Source: Ruditapes philippinarum (taxonomy: Eukaryota). Taken from it: a stretch of DNA of 64,000 bases. The notes below the pieces were generated by a model. The model saw only the letters and a program-made list of their open reading frames with translations, did not search any database and had not been told where the DNA came from. The translations under genes and the position numbers were made by a program. This document shows, piece by piece, positions 51,010-64,000 of the stretch (positions are counted from its first letter, which is position 1; every line of letters begins with the position of its first letter). Location of the stretch: contig NW_026863663.1 in NCBI RefSeq assembly GCF_026571515.1, forward strand, positions 1-64,000, read 5' to 3'.

Positions 51010-54000
51010 ATGAATGCCATTCAGTTCACCACCATTATCGACATAATCATTACTGTAATCTTACAAATATATCTATTAGATGTCAGAGAAACATTTTGTT
51101 GAAAATAATGCTCTTTTATTACATATCAGCCAAACATCACAGATAGTAACACTCTGTTTCATGATTTCTAATGAAGCAATTAACTCACATTGATGAGTTT
51201 TGCGCTAATTAACATCTATTCTTACAACAACAGATAGAGGGTAAAAGTGCATACAGTTATAAGCTTATTACTTTAGAAGCACTGTGAGCCTGACTATATG
51301 TATTAATGTTGCGGAACGTCTATTTTGACAAAAACAATGTTTAATTAGGTACATACCTGCTCGACAAGCATATCATTACCTTTAGAAATTTGCAAAATAT
51401 TGCTTAGATGTGTTATTTTGAAGGTGATAATTTCTTTAATATTATAAAAATATGTAACAGCAGCACTGTCAGTCTGGTTTAACGAAGTAAATAAGAGCCA
51501 AACATCCCGCAACCGTGTTAATGCATGTATTATAAGATTTATATGAAGGTGACTATACTTTTCACACTTCTAGCTTGCAGGTCCATGACATCAACGAGCA
51601 GCAACATAATTCAATTATGCTACAAGTAACAATTCCCTCTTCCAAATTTCAAAGGCAGGATAAATTTATCATGCAGAATTTAAATGAAGTACTCATCAAA
51701 TTTTCTTATTTGATTACTTTTTTGTCAAGTGAATTAGTGAAATAAGAAGAATTCTTGCATTCTAACGGCAGTGAAAACAGTTATGACAAAATCACGCATT
51801 CACGTTATGTATATCAAACAACAAACATCTGCCGTTCATCTTACTCTCATACAAGGCGATCGCAGAAAAGCTCTTTAACGATATTGTCAATGAGGGGTTC
51901 ACATGCTTCACTGCGGTCCATATTTTCTTGATCTGTTGTGATAAAGTTGAAAACCCCCCATCTGAAAATCTCCATCTTTCAATGATCAATCATCCATTCA
52001 TTGAAACATTGAATGAGAATGAACATTTTCTCATCTCCATGTGATTATTTGGTCTGTAACTAAATGAAGTCACCCTCCACTGCCTGGTAATTTGAACGCG
52101 GCGATCGTACTTGTAAGAAATTTTATTACAATTTTAGAATAGTTCATTGATTTATTTCCGTCATATGAAAACAGACCGCCTATGAATATTTATAAGTGAT
52201 TGTATTGTTGATCCTAATTTTGAGATGCAACGGTTTAATACGCCATTAGGATAATGATGATTGAATAAAATTGTTTGATTATTTTTAATTTTAAGCGATT
52301 TTGGAACAATAAAAGGGAAAAAATGAAGTGTTAACTGATTTAATGGCCAAGAAAAGGGAGGGGGAAGACATTTTATTATCATTATAACATGTATATGCTT
52401 TAATATTTGCTGAAAAAAATAAAAATTTGTTACATGTGTTAGCTTTTTATTTACATTCAATTTGTTTTCATTATATCTACGTTAAAGCCTTGTCTGATAT
52501 CCCAAAAAACCCTTCTTTTAAGATGTTACGCACCAGAATATATTTTCACAGTTCATATATATCTTGGTGTTTTATTTGTAATAAGTTACACTTCCGCGTT
52601 TTCATGAGTTATCCCATACTTATCAAATATCTAGATTTACTCATACAAAATCAGCACAAGATATCATATTTTTCACTGCGAAGTGCAATTTATATTGCCT
52701 ATTTATTTGAATCTTTGTCATACTTAGAGAATATCTACCAGGTTTAATCATTAAAATGATTAAAGAGAACTGTGCAAATATCTTTAAAATTTTCAATAGG
52801 CTTTAATGAATTAGATTTAATATTTCCTTAAATGTAATTATAACTTCATTGACATTTACTTTTGTAGAGAATTATTGCGATATTTCCTTAATAACTTTGA
52901 AATTAACAGGTGATATTTTCTACTTAATGACATAACAACTATTTAATACTTATATTTGGATTAACAACACTAATGAAAAATAAATTGTATTTTGATATGA
53001 AAGGAGTTTAGCGATATTTTAAGCTCCTTTTTTATAAACAAGTCAGATAATCACATACTTTATAATTATGACAGGTAAGTATTCGTTATATCAGTTTCAA
53101 AACCTTTGATCATGTTGCAGACGATAATAATGATTTCAGGAAATTAAAACTGAAATAAAATGTATGAATTTCAAATAACTCAAAATATTGATTGGTAAAA
53201 TTGGTATTAACCAAACCAAATTAGATAAAATTTTATTTTATTGTGACATTAAAATGGAACAATAATGATACATTTTATTGACATTAAAATACAGACAGTT
53301 CCTTTACCACAATATATTATTGCTTTCTTTTTTTTTGTTTTTATTTTTTTTAAATGCTTTTTTCTATGACTATGACCAAGTCTCCATTCATCATTTTCAA
53401 TGATCTTAATGGATGTCTGATATTAATAAATAATACAACTTCCATTTATCAATGTATTCCAGCGACAAAGTTGTTCATAACACAGACATACATTCCCTTG
53501 AGAATCTCCCCCAATTTACAGAGCTATGATGTAAATGATAAACAATCATTTTCCATAACTTTTAAACTGTTTAATTTAAATTGTATATTCATTGAGATGC
53601 ATATATCTAAGTTTAATATCACAATCAATGATTGTTGATTAACGTCACATTATTCTTGATATACGTATATACATATGAAATCACTTGTACCAGGAAACGT
53701 TTAATAAGACATTTCATTTTTTCTATTAATCTTTTAAAAAAGAATATGTAAACGACATTAGCATATTAATGGCAAAATCAATATTTTATGATGACATTCA
53801 TTATTTTAAAGATCTTGGAAATGGCATTAGCGTTTACTGTAAATCTTTGAAAATTTTAAGATTATTTACTTTAAATGTTTTTTACTATCATGTTCTCAAT
53901 TACCTTAGCATTTGTTCCATTTTTGAGTCTTTGATTTGAAGCACACATTACCTATTCCATTTTCTTTTCTATAACAAAATCTTTAATTACTGCTGTGTGT

Positions 54001-57000
54001 TCGAATGCCGCAACGAATTTCTGAGGAAACTATCAAGCTAGCTTACGAAACGTCAGGTGAGCATGTCTGAAATAATTCACAGAGGGGTACCTTAGATCGT
54101 CCTCCACCAATAAAGCTGAAAAGTCGCCGTATGACCTTAAAAGTGTCGGTATGTCTTAAAACCCAACAAACAAAATGAACTAACATACAAAACTATTTAT
54201 CATTGAAAACACAATATGTATGTTTTGTTTTTCATTGCAATATTCTTCTTTTTGATTTATGAGATATGTCTTTAACTTCTTTGATGTGCAAGTAACTGTG
54301 CTTTTAATAACCCTAATCGATATATCATATTGTTTACTGCCTATATTTCTGTCAAACAACTTTGTTTCATCTGATAGCATCTTTTTTGGTGAAAATTTGA
54401 CAAATGTATTGTTCAATTTAACGATTTTGAAATAGTTTTTCTCTAAAAGATAGATTTGATTTTTATCAATGGCATATCCATGATTAATATACTATTTCAG
54501 AATTGTAAAGCGATGTAATATACAACTCTGGCTGATTTATGACAAGACAGATTTAATTTGTATTTCTAAAGAACGATACAATGTTATTGTATTTTATTCT
54601 AGATTATTTTCAAAACATTTTGCAAACTTCTGGGAAAGGGTGTCATAATCTTTGTCTAATATTTAATGTAAGGCATTCCGAGCTTTCAGTTCGGGGCTCC
54701 AAATCTTTGAACTCGCTTCCAGTACAGACTGGATGAGACAAATCTTTAATCTAAATGTATTGAGACATAAGCCACGTTAGTGATACAATGACCGTTGCGT
54801 ATCGTCTATTAATTAATCAGTTTCCGTCAAAGATAATTTTACAGTTCATATGTCCGTAGCCAAAAGCTTTAATTAATAAGCATACATTTCATGATTATGA
54901 AATATTAATGAAAACGGCGTTCTATATCAAGAAACACAATTGCCGACAATTCTGACGAAACACTAAAAAAACTCCTTATTTCTACGCAGCTTTCTGGTTC
55001 TAATTATGTAATCAAGTTATGTTTGTTTTGAATATCAAAATCACTTCAAGGCAGACGGCGTTGTTCGTCACAAAGCCGTCATACTATTAAATTACAAGTG
55101 AACATAATTAAACAAGAATATTACTGATGATTTAGCCGGCTGCTGGCATATCGACATTAGAACAATCACGGGTCTATGAATAGTGAATTCCATGTGGAAA
55201 ATTTCATCGATTTCACGTCAGTGAGAGATGGCTGAATAAATCATAGAGCATTAAGTTAAATGGTTTTTCTCGAGACTTTTTGATGACAGGTAAAGCATTA
55301 AAATTTAAACGGATATCTTTAACAAAAAAAATAGTGTATGGGGTTGAGGATCCGGTATATTACTTTACTGTATTGCGTTTTATGATACGGTAGAGAACAT
55401 TTCGATCAAAATTTTTATTCAATACAATTTATTTCGTAGTTTTCCTTATTACCAAAGTGATTAAACTCAAATATGTAATATCTGTCACTTTATTCACAGA
55501 TGAAAGATAACAGTAATATCATAAATACTTAAGGATATCTAGAAAATAAATGACATTAAATTGAGTCTGTAAAACACTTACCGTTTTCCTTTCATTTAAA
55601 TAATTCCACATTTCCATTTGTATTACGTAACTCTGTATATATATCACTAAAGCATTCCTCATACAGTAAATAGGTAAATATTTTTATAATAAAAAAAACA
55701 ACAAAAATAACAAAACAGAACAAAAACCAAACAAACAAAAACACTACAATATGCATTCTTGCATTCTATTTTGAGATTCTGATTTGTTTAAAATGAAATG
55801 TGCCTTTATTAATTCACAAGAATAAAGATTTATTAAACGAGTATTTAGTGTACATATTTTATGTGTTTGTATGTGGGAAGTTATGACTTCCCTATCTGAA
55901 AGATATGTCTTGTCTATCTATGTTGCATGCTTACATATTTTACCATTACATGTCCTTTGATGTTTACATGAAAAGAACATACTTAACATGAAATAATTAG
56001 CGTAAGATTGGTTTTCCCTTTTTAAATGAATACATTTAAGTTTTTAACCTTTGATATTTTACTTACATTTAAACATATTGTGGTTAACCACGAGATGTTT
56101 TTATAGCTTGTTTATCACCAGTACATTCAATTGTTTTATTGTTCAATCCAGACACTTAACTTATTGAGATAAATTTAATGAAATGTCATTGCGAGTCATT
56201 GTTTATTATTGCCATATTTATTAAATCATTTTTATTTCGAGATAGAAAATAAATCATGAAGAAGTTATGATTTTTTTTTAGTTTTCTTCAAGTTATCAAA
56301 CCTTGTGTCGTCGTGTGATATTACAGACCGTCAGTGGCACTGAGATATTACAAGCTCCGCTTTAAATTTGTCATGATTTCTAATAAAGTTTCGATTGTAT
56401 CAAAACTAATGATATTAATAGAACAAATTGAGGGGGAAAATCCACTAGTTGGTACTCCTTGAGACATATATTATATTGGATGCAGTAAAGCCGAAAGTTC
56501 TCCGTCGAATTTATTTATCTGAAGCTTTCTTCAAGTCTTTTCAAATGTATTATTTCAAAGAAATACAGAATTTAGTTATTTATTGTGCGTCAGGGTGGTA
56601 ATGTTTTCAACGTTTCAACATACAAACCGGAAAGAAAATGATACAGTTAAATACAAGGTTCGCATAAGTACAATATTTTTTCAAAACATTTCTTATGTTG
56701 ATAAAAATAAAGCTGCAGCCATCGTGATTCCCTGGGGCATGCTAATAGCTGATGAAATCAAAGACGAATGTCTTCTATCGAATAATCTGTATTGACAGTT
56801 TCCTTGTGTCTTATCTAATACGATATATCTAAGAAAGTCTGCATTATCTAGTTATGTTATGTAAAAAAAAATACTCCTCTTGTCAGATGCAGTAAGCGTT
56901 TTTATACTATCACTTTTATTTAAACTGAGTCAAAAGAATTCCTATTACTTAAATTATCAATAGTTTGATTTTTGCATCTGACAAACATATTAGATAATGT

Positions 57001-58150
57001 GACTACAATTATTAAATAAAACAACAACAATACAATTTTGAAATATTTACCATGATCTTTAAAAGGATGACTTCATTTTAAAACACTGGTATTTGTGATG
57101 CAAGCTTGCCTGTCAACAAGTACGAAAGGTGTGACAAAGGAAAAACATTAACTCGTTTTTGGTTTGTGATTAAATATCGGTGATATTTTCAAAACATGAA
57201 ACCCTCGTTGATTGGCATTGGCTTTCTTGAATGCATGCTACATAATTGTATATTTCATGGTAAATATTTTATTTGTCTGGCTTAATGAAAAAGAGCTACA
57301 TTCAAGATCTATTCTATAAGGCATAAACTAATTTAATCTTCCTTCAGACAAGTTTAATGCAAACATATCGCATTAAATAAAGGAATGAATTCAGGAGGGA
57401 ATTAACGGGACCGTCATTCTCGACTGTTGATCGATGTCTTTAAAATTTTATTTCGGAGTATATCGATCGTGTTGCCCCAACACCAATTAATCATAGATAA
57501 ACTTTGTAGATGTTGAATAGGTTATCAAGCTTTTTGTGTTTTATTCAAGGTATGACAATCTTGCAATTAAGCTGGTAATCTTAGGGAGAGTTCAGCTCGC
57601 AATTTATGAGGTAATCACAGGGCATATCGTCAACCGTATTACCTCCTTAGTCTACTAAAATATGTATTTTAAAATCATTAACCACGGTTTGAAAGATAAT
57701 TGATGTTAGATGAAGATGTTTGACAATATTCATACTGGTATATTAGAGTATTTAATGTAAATTTCAGTAAAGATTTCAGCATTGACATTAATATAAATGT
57801 CCATTTCTTAAAACTGATATTTTCAAAACAGGGTATCACTTATGTCGATGGAAGTCTTTGTCTTTCTTAAATATAGGCTTTCATTTAATCTTAGGTTTTC
57901 ACGTCTTCACGATACTGCTTCATACGGTTAAACGATAACAATAGATCGCCGTCTACCATTGACCATTGTCTTACTAATTACTCGCTTTTCATTCATCTCC
58001 GAAATCACATGAACCCTTGTGCTTTATCGAATAGAAATACATCTTCATAGACGTTTTGTCAACCCGCCCCGTTACAACATCTGTCAATTTCCATGGAATA
58101 AAATGCAAGGCTAATTTGCGTTTATGTTTGCTTGGCTACGGTGCACATGA
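51010..58150 (-). pseudogene. Decayed paralog array unit 3
   Basis: Blocks at 51020, 51825, 51860-52200, 54680, 55030-55300, 56080, 56310 and 57230-57660. Peptides CELIASLE, MNGRCLLFD, DQENMDRSEACEPLIDNIVKELF and REIDEIFHMEFTIHRPVIVLMSIC. Confidence 0.55.
53990..54175 (+). mobile_element. SINE family A copy
   Basis: gttcgaat, gaggaaactatcaagctagcttacg, gaaataattcacagaggggtacct, cctccaccaataaagctgaaaagtcgccgtatgacctt...aaacccaacaaac. Confidence 0.75.
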
Positions 58151-58546
58151 ATGTTACTTAAATTATTATTACTTTTGAGATCGTTGTCTAGAATTATAGC
58201 AATACACTCGTCAAGATGCTGTTGAATTAATAATTTAATTAGAACAGGATATGGATTTATTTTAACGTATGTTTTATGCGTTTATTAATGTGACTTGCGA
58301 ACTGACTTAACAGTTTACAGTTATAATTAAGATACGCCTATAATACAAACATATGTCATTTCTTTTCACTCCCGAAAGTATTATCAGCGAAAACACATAA
58401 TGCCAGACGTAGTTTAAATTCAGACGTTTCACATTATTCATCATTAAGTCTCATATTTTCTTGATCTCTTTCTATGCTTCAAGATTGAATCAGGTTTTTG
58501 TTGATAAATATAAGATATAATTATAAGTATTAACAAATACTGAATG

Positions 58547-58588
58547 TTTTATTGTTCAAGTTTTATTGTTCAAGTTTTATTGTTCAAG
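58547..58588. repeat. Perfect 14-bp tandem repeat x3 (ttttattgttcaag)
   Basis: Direct reading. Confidence 0.9.
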
Positions 58589-58689
58589 TAGTTAGTTGTA
58601 CGAATTGTATTGGTTTAGAGAAGTCATGTAATTGGTCTAACATATAAAATCCATTTCAATGCAAAGTACAATATTAAAATAAATCCGTC

Positions 58690-61200
58690 AAACATGTGGA
58701 CACAAATTAACCAAAAGCATTAGTGATGATTTAGCTGTCAGACAAATGCTGTCAATGCTTGCATATCGACATTGGAATAATCATGATCCTATGAAAGAGA
58801 ATGAATTCTACGCGAAATATCTCATCGATTTCACGTCAGGGAAGTCTCAATAAATCAAGAAATGGACTTGTTTTTTTTCTCCAGACATTGTGAAGACAGA
58901 TATTGCATTATAGCTTAACCAGATTTTTGTAATTTTGTAACAAAATGATAAAGATATTTAGGTAAAGACACGAGATATTCGAGTTTGGTATTTTTATTGT
59001 TTATTCTCGAACTAAGACAATAACTCAACAAGAAAATAGCTTTTGCTATTAATTAGGTTTTCTCAGATGAAATGTTGCAATTTGATTAAGATAATTATTT
59101 TTATTTTCGCTTGGTTTTTTTATTCTACAAGTAAATTAAAACTATTGCCTACGCTTTTAAATGAATATCACTGTATGGTTAACCGTATTACCGGATAGTT
59201 CATCATATTTCGAATGTTCAACTAACCTAACAACGCGCCGTGTGATATTTCAGTCGCTCAGTGCCGCAGAGATGTTAAGAGCTCCTCTTGCAATTTATCA
59301 TGACGGTTATAACACGTGCGATTAAGTTTCGGATGAATCCAAACTCAAAAAATATTGATAGGACATTGTACACGCTGTAATTCTCAGACGTATCTGTCAA
59401 ATACTCTGTCAATAATAGTTGCAATATTAAACGGGAAAAGTCTTCCGTCGAATTGATTTTATTGACAAGTTCTTCTTTTCGAATATGTTATGTCAAAGAA
59501 AGTACATACTGTAGTAATTCAATATTTCTCTGTTAAGAATGGTTAATGTGCCATTATGTTTACCGAAAAGAAAAACCTTGTCTGGAGGTCAATATACTTT
59601 ATTATGTCCATTGCTGCATGAACAGTAGATCTCACACAACCAAATGTTTGTGTGAGGTAAGATCAATTATATTAAAAAAGCATATACATCTTTGAGGATA
59701 TATCTTATTATTTTGTTTTGCGCGCTTGGTTATACAGCACAACAACATAGTTTAGGTCATAATCCGTCGAATCAAAAATATGGTTTTTGATAACTTCAAA
59801 GCACCACCATCTCACCTTCTGGAGTTATGAGATTCATAGACACCAGTAGAAATGATAACACATTTGTGATGCATCGTAGCGCTTTAAGACAAATGCCTGA
59901 CTACAAAGACAAAGGGTTTTTATAAACAGTTTTAAGCATTATGAGAATGTACACTTTAATCTGGTCTCAAATTTCAAATACGAAATATTCCAAAACATTT
60001 TTGCCATACGCTTTGGTTTGCATGGCTTTGTTAAATGCATATTACATAATTGTGTATTGCACAGTAAAAGTTTTGTCTGTCTGACTTATGGAAAAGAGCT
60101 AAAACTATTACCTACTTTATCAAAAAGATACCGAAATTCAAGATCTACTCTATAAGGCATAAACTAATTTAATCTTCCCCCAGACAAGTTTAATGTAAAC
60201 ATATCGCATTAAATAAAGAAAGAATTCAGAAGGGAGTAAACGGGACAGGCTTTCTCGAGTATTGATCGATGTCTTTAAGATTTTATTTCGGCGTATATAG
60301 AATTTCTAGTCCCAACACATCTAGCAATTTATCATAAAAACATTTTGTGGATGTTAGATAGGTCATAAAGCTTTTGAAATACTTCAAGGTATGACAATTT
60401 TAAAAGCAAATTGGAAAGCTTCGAGAGAGTTAAATTCCCAGTTTATGTGCTAATTAAATCCCAAGGCATATTATCTACAATTTTACCCCCTGGATCTACT
60501 AAGATATATGCTTATTCTAGTCATTTGTAAGAAAATCAAGATGTAGTCGTTCGATTTTTGATAATGGGAATAGTTCAGTTTTATATTGCTGTATATAATC
60601 CAATTTGAATATTAAATGGAAATAACAGTAAACAATCTTAAATATAATTTCCATAAAGTGTCTGTTTTCTCAACAATGAACGTGAAAATCAGCATTTCCA
60701 TAACAGATTATTAATGTCATCGTCAATAAGTCTTTGTATTTAAGAAGTGAGCTTTCATTCAATCCAAAATTCTCACGTCTTCATAGAGCTGACTCATTGT
60801 GTCTGGGTGATAATATGATATCTATATAATGTTCTGCATGTATCTATTTATTCTTGATTGTACTTCTTATACACATGGTTTGATCATTCATTATCTTCAA
60901 GACATAATCAATGTAAATATTCGTCACATTTTACATATTGGTAACTATCGTAAGCAAGGCAAAATAATCAACAAAGATTTGCTGTTGTGCTACTAATACC
61001 ATTAATATTGCTTTCATCTTCATATATACTTTTAAATCCTAAACCAAATAGTTACACAATTTCATATACGTTCTGCCAGTTCTTTCATATCAACCCGCCT
61101 CTTAATTATATATGTACCATTTGTCATTTTCCATGAATAAACATTAAGTCTCGACAGGCTATTATTAGATGTAAAATAATTTTAGTATATGTTATTTGGG
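58690..61200 (-). pseudogene. Decayed paralog array unit 4 (partial)
   Basis: Blocks at 58761-58835 and 59239, and 60020-60500 duplicating 57220-57660. Peptide REIDEIFRVEFILFHRIMIIPMSIC. Confidence 0.5.
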
Positions 61201-61399
61201 CTACTGCGAGCATACGGACATTATTAAACTCATTGTAATCTATTGCGATAAGGGAGTTAATTGTCTGTAATGACAAGAGTGACTTACACATTCAGTATCA
61301 TAAACCTTTTATCTGTAGTATTTCTTTAATAGGCTTGTTTAGCTTTCAATTTTAGATTATCTACTTTGGGATATCTAGATTAAAATTGGGAGTTGAAGT

Positions 61400-61516
61400 T
61401 AGTCAGCCCACAGAATACAGCCTTGTCAGATAACACGGTAGTACACTCTGACCTGATTCTGTACTAATGGCAAGGGCTAATCTAAACGCGTTTTGGTTCC
61501 AGCAGGGTAGGCGTTT
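61400..61516 (+). mobile_element. Degenerate bivalve MITE fragment
   Basis: gtcaga..acacgg...ctgacctg..tct.tact..tggcaa.ggctaatc...ttggttccagcagggtaggcgtt resembles a common clam MITE end (recalled, not searched). Confidence 0.4.
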
Positions 61517-61614
61517 GCAGAAAGTCCTCAAATAATTTTATAAAAACATGATAAAATGAAATAAGATTGATATATCGTTGTTTGTCTTCACCGTGGTCAT
61601 TTCCCTTCCTATCC

Positions 61615-61677
61615 CCCTCCTCTTCTTCCTCATCATCATCATTATCATCATTATTATCATCATCAGTATCATCATTA
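61615..61677. repeat. (TCA/TCC)n microsatellite
   Basis: Direct reading. Confidence 0.8.
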
Positions 61678-61939
61678 AAATATACTACAAAAATGTACAG
61701 GTATACTTTATTATCTTTTAATCATTATAGCGAGACGATAAACAAATAAAAACAAACATAAGCAATATTCGTAAAAATACTCCGAAATGAATGTGGCTCA
61801 ACTGTTTACAAAGATATCAGAAAACTGACCCCTTACCATGTTCACTATTTAAAGCTATACCGGAGCATACATCCATTTGTATAATTTTTAACTCGTATAC
61901 TTAATTAAATGTTTTAGCGTTTATGTTCTGCAAATAACA

Positions 61940-62480
61940 AAACTACGCTATTCAAAATGGTAATTGAACAGTATCAAGCTCATAACAGCGGGTAAGAATT
62001 TAAACGCATGACTTGTGTTCTTTTCCATTTGATTTGATAATTGATACAGCTATTATTTAAAGAACGCTTATAAAACAGCAAGCACCTGCCTTTTCTTTTC
62101 ACTTTCAGAAGTATTATCTGATCGTGGCAAGCAATTTAGACTTATTTTAATGGATCTTTGACGATCTTGTTAATGTGAATAACACGTTTATCATCGCGTC
62201 TGATACTTTCTTCGTCTGTACTTTTCAATATCAATTGTTCATTTATTGCAGTAGCACTGAAATGTAATATTTCCCCCTTGTGGTTTCTCATTTGTTTATA
62301 AATGTATTAATCCTTCCATTCGTGCCAGGATCAGTGGCCTTCAATATCGTTGGTAATGCTACTTGTGAACATTTATATACAAAGCTTAAAGTATTGCATT
62401 GATTTCTTTTCCAGCCAACTAAGTTCAGACCTTTTATGAATATTTATAAGAGTATTTATTGGTCTGACATAATCATTAAC
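61940..62480 (-). pseudogene. Decayed paralog array unit 5 (divergent fragment)
   Basis: Peptides KRKGRCLLFY and TDEESIRRDDKRVIHINKIVKD; block cagac...tatgaatatttataag...attggtctg shared with 34115 and 52170. Confidence 0.45.
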
Positions 62481-62934
62481 CATTGTTTGGGACACGGCAT
62501 GTAAATTTATTGCGTATAAAATCGAGAGAATAATAACGCTGTCGCTTGTATAATTTACTTTACATTTTTCCTGATCAGTAAATCTTAAATTGAAAATTTG
62601 AAATAGAAGGGGAAAACCTTATTTTGCAAAATAAATTAGGATATTATTCCATTTCAAAGAAATTATAAGAATTAAAATAATATAATAGTCTTAAACTATA
62701 AGTGAAAGGTCTTTGCGACTGTTTAAAACTCTACATTATCAATAGTGCCTTAAAAGATATTATAGTTGCTTTTAAAAAAAACTTTCTAAATTAAATGTAT
62801 AAACATCTAGTATCTATTTTTCAAGTACCTTCAAAATTGTTATAATATTTTTAAAGATAGGATTATTTGTATGGTTGTCATGTTAAGGTCAAGGATTATG
62901 GCCATTATGACTCATAAGAGCATCTTAATTCTTA

Positions 62935-63128
62935 ACAACGCTGTTGGTTCCCGCTCTTTTATGATAGGAAGCTATCGAGCTAGCTTTCAGAACGTTGATA
63001 GTTCCAGTCAGATATCCTCTCATGCTTGAAATAATGCCGCAAGGATCACCTGGGGTTTTACTGCACCCACAAGGTAAACTTGAAATTCGTAATATGACCT
63101 TAACTTAAAATCCAACTAAAAGAAAAAA
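62935..63128 (+). mobile_element. SINE family A copy (degenerate)
   Basis: aggaagctatcgagctagct...tgaaataatgc.gcaaggatcacctggggt...atatgacctt...aaatccaac. Confidence 0.55.
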
Positions 63129-64000
63129 CATCTTATAAAAGCATCGCTATTGCGATGATTGCTGTCAATATATCACAATCACATAAAGCTAAAGTGTACG
63201 TCGGAAACAAATAACTGCAGTGCAAATAACAGACATTTATATTAAAATTCCAATTTATGACTGCCTTCTCTCTTGTGGAACATAATTTATATCTATAATA
63301 AAACATAGTTAATTGTTCAAGAATGAACACCTCATAACCTTAGTACAGTTAGGATACTCATAAAATTCTTTGGCATTACTTTCTCTATTTAATGAGTATA
63401 GAAGCTCCTTTATAGTATCAAATTGAAATAAGATATTCTCTAGAAATCTGTACCATTCACTTAAATAAGAGTTCAAAATTATTAATATTGAAAGAGGTGT
63501 TGTTCGCATTATTTATGGATGTCTTTAATGTCTTTTTTATCAATTAATGATCTTAAGAAAGGATCAGATATACTGTTAACCTTTCAGATTTCCTCAAAAA
63601 TATGTTGGTTTGAACAAATCAACTGCGACCAAAGATAATTTGGGAAGATCACTTTATAATAAACATTGAGGAAAACATTCAAAGCAGATTGCGTATCATC
63701 ATTTTCAGTATCGTTTCGTGAAGGATATCGGTGCTTCCGTAAGAAGTGGAAATAATTTAAGTATATGAAATTGCTATATTAAACAACATACTGGTATTAA
63801 TTTGCACATAAGCGGCAGTGAAATTATATTTAATATTATTCTTGGTATTACGTATTTACATCCTTTGGATAATGGTATAAATGATACGTAAAGTTTATGA
63901 GAAAACGAAGAGAGTCAGAATGGTCATGAATTATTCATGCCCTTTACAGACAAATATCTTTGTATCACTGAAATATAATAGTTTCCACTGTATGAATATT

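Overview
AT-rich eukaryotic (animal) DNA. The SINE and MITE types suggest a bivalve mollusc, probably a venerid clam (inference). No intact host gene is evident and most six-frame ORFs are spurious. The main feature is a 7.66-kb miniature Polinton/Maverick-like element (40196-47858). It has a perfect 6-bp target-site duplication (CATCTG), an ACTACT right terminus (AGTAGT on the minus strand) and very long (~1.66 kb) terminal inverted repeats. It carries only three plus-strand genes: a C2H2 zinc finger fused to an A32/FtsK-type packaging ATPase with an acidic linker and helical tail, a small coiled-coil protein, and an adenain-type cysteine protease. It lacks pPolB, integrase and capsid genes. 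All 12 frameshifts I needed to invoke in these genes are single extra bases in homopolymers, matching long-read error seen elsewhere in the window, so the genes are probably intact. The element sits inside the second unit of a decayed tandem array (about 32.5-62.5 kb) of 5-7 kb paralogous units that keep a synonymous-codon signal of former minus-strand coding. The rest is SINEs, MITEs, microsatellites, a 129-N gap and error-rich stretches.
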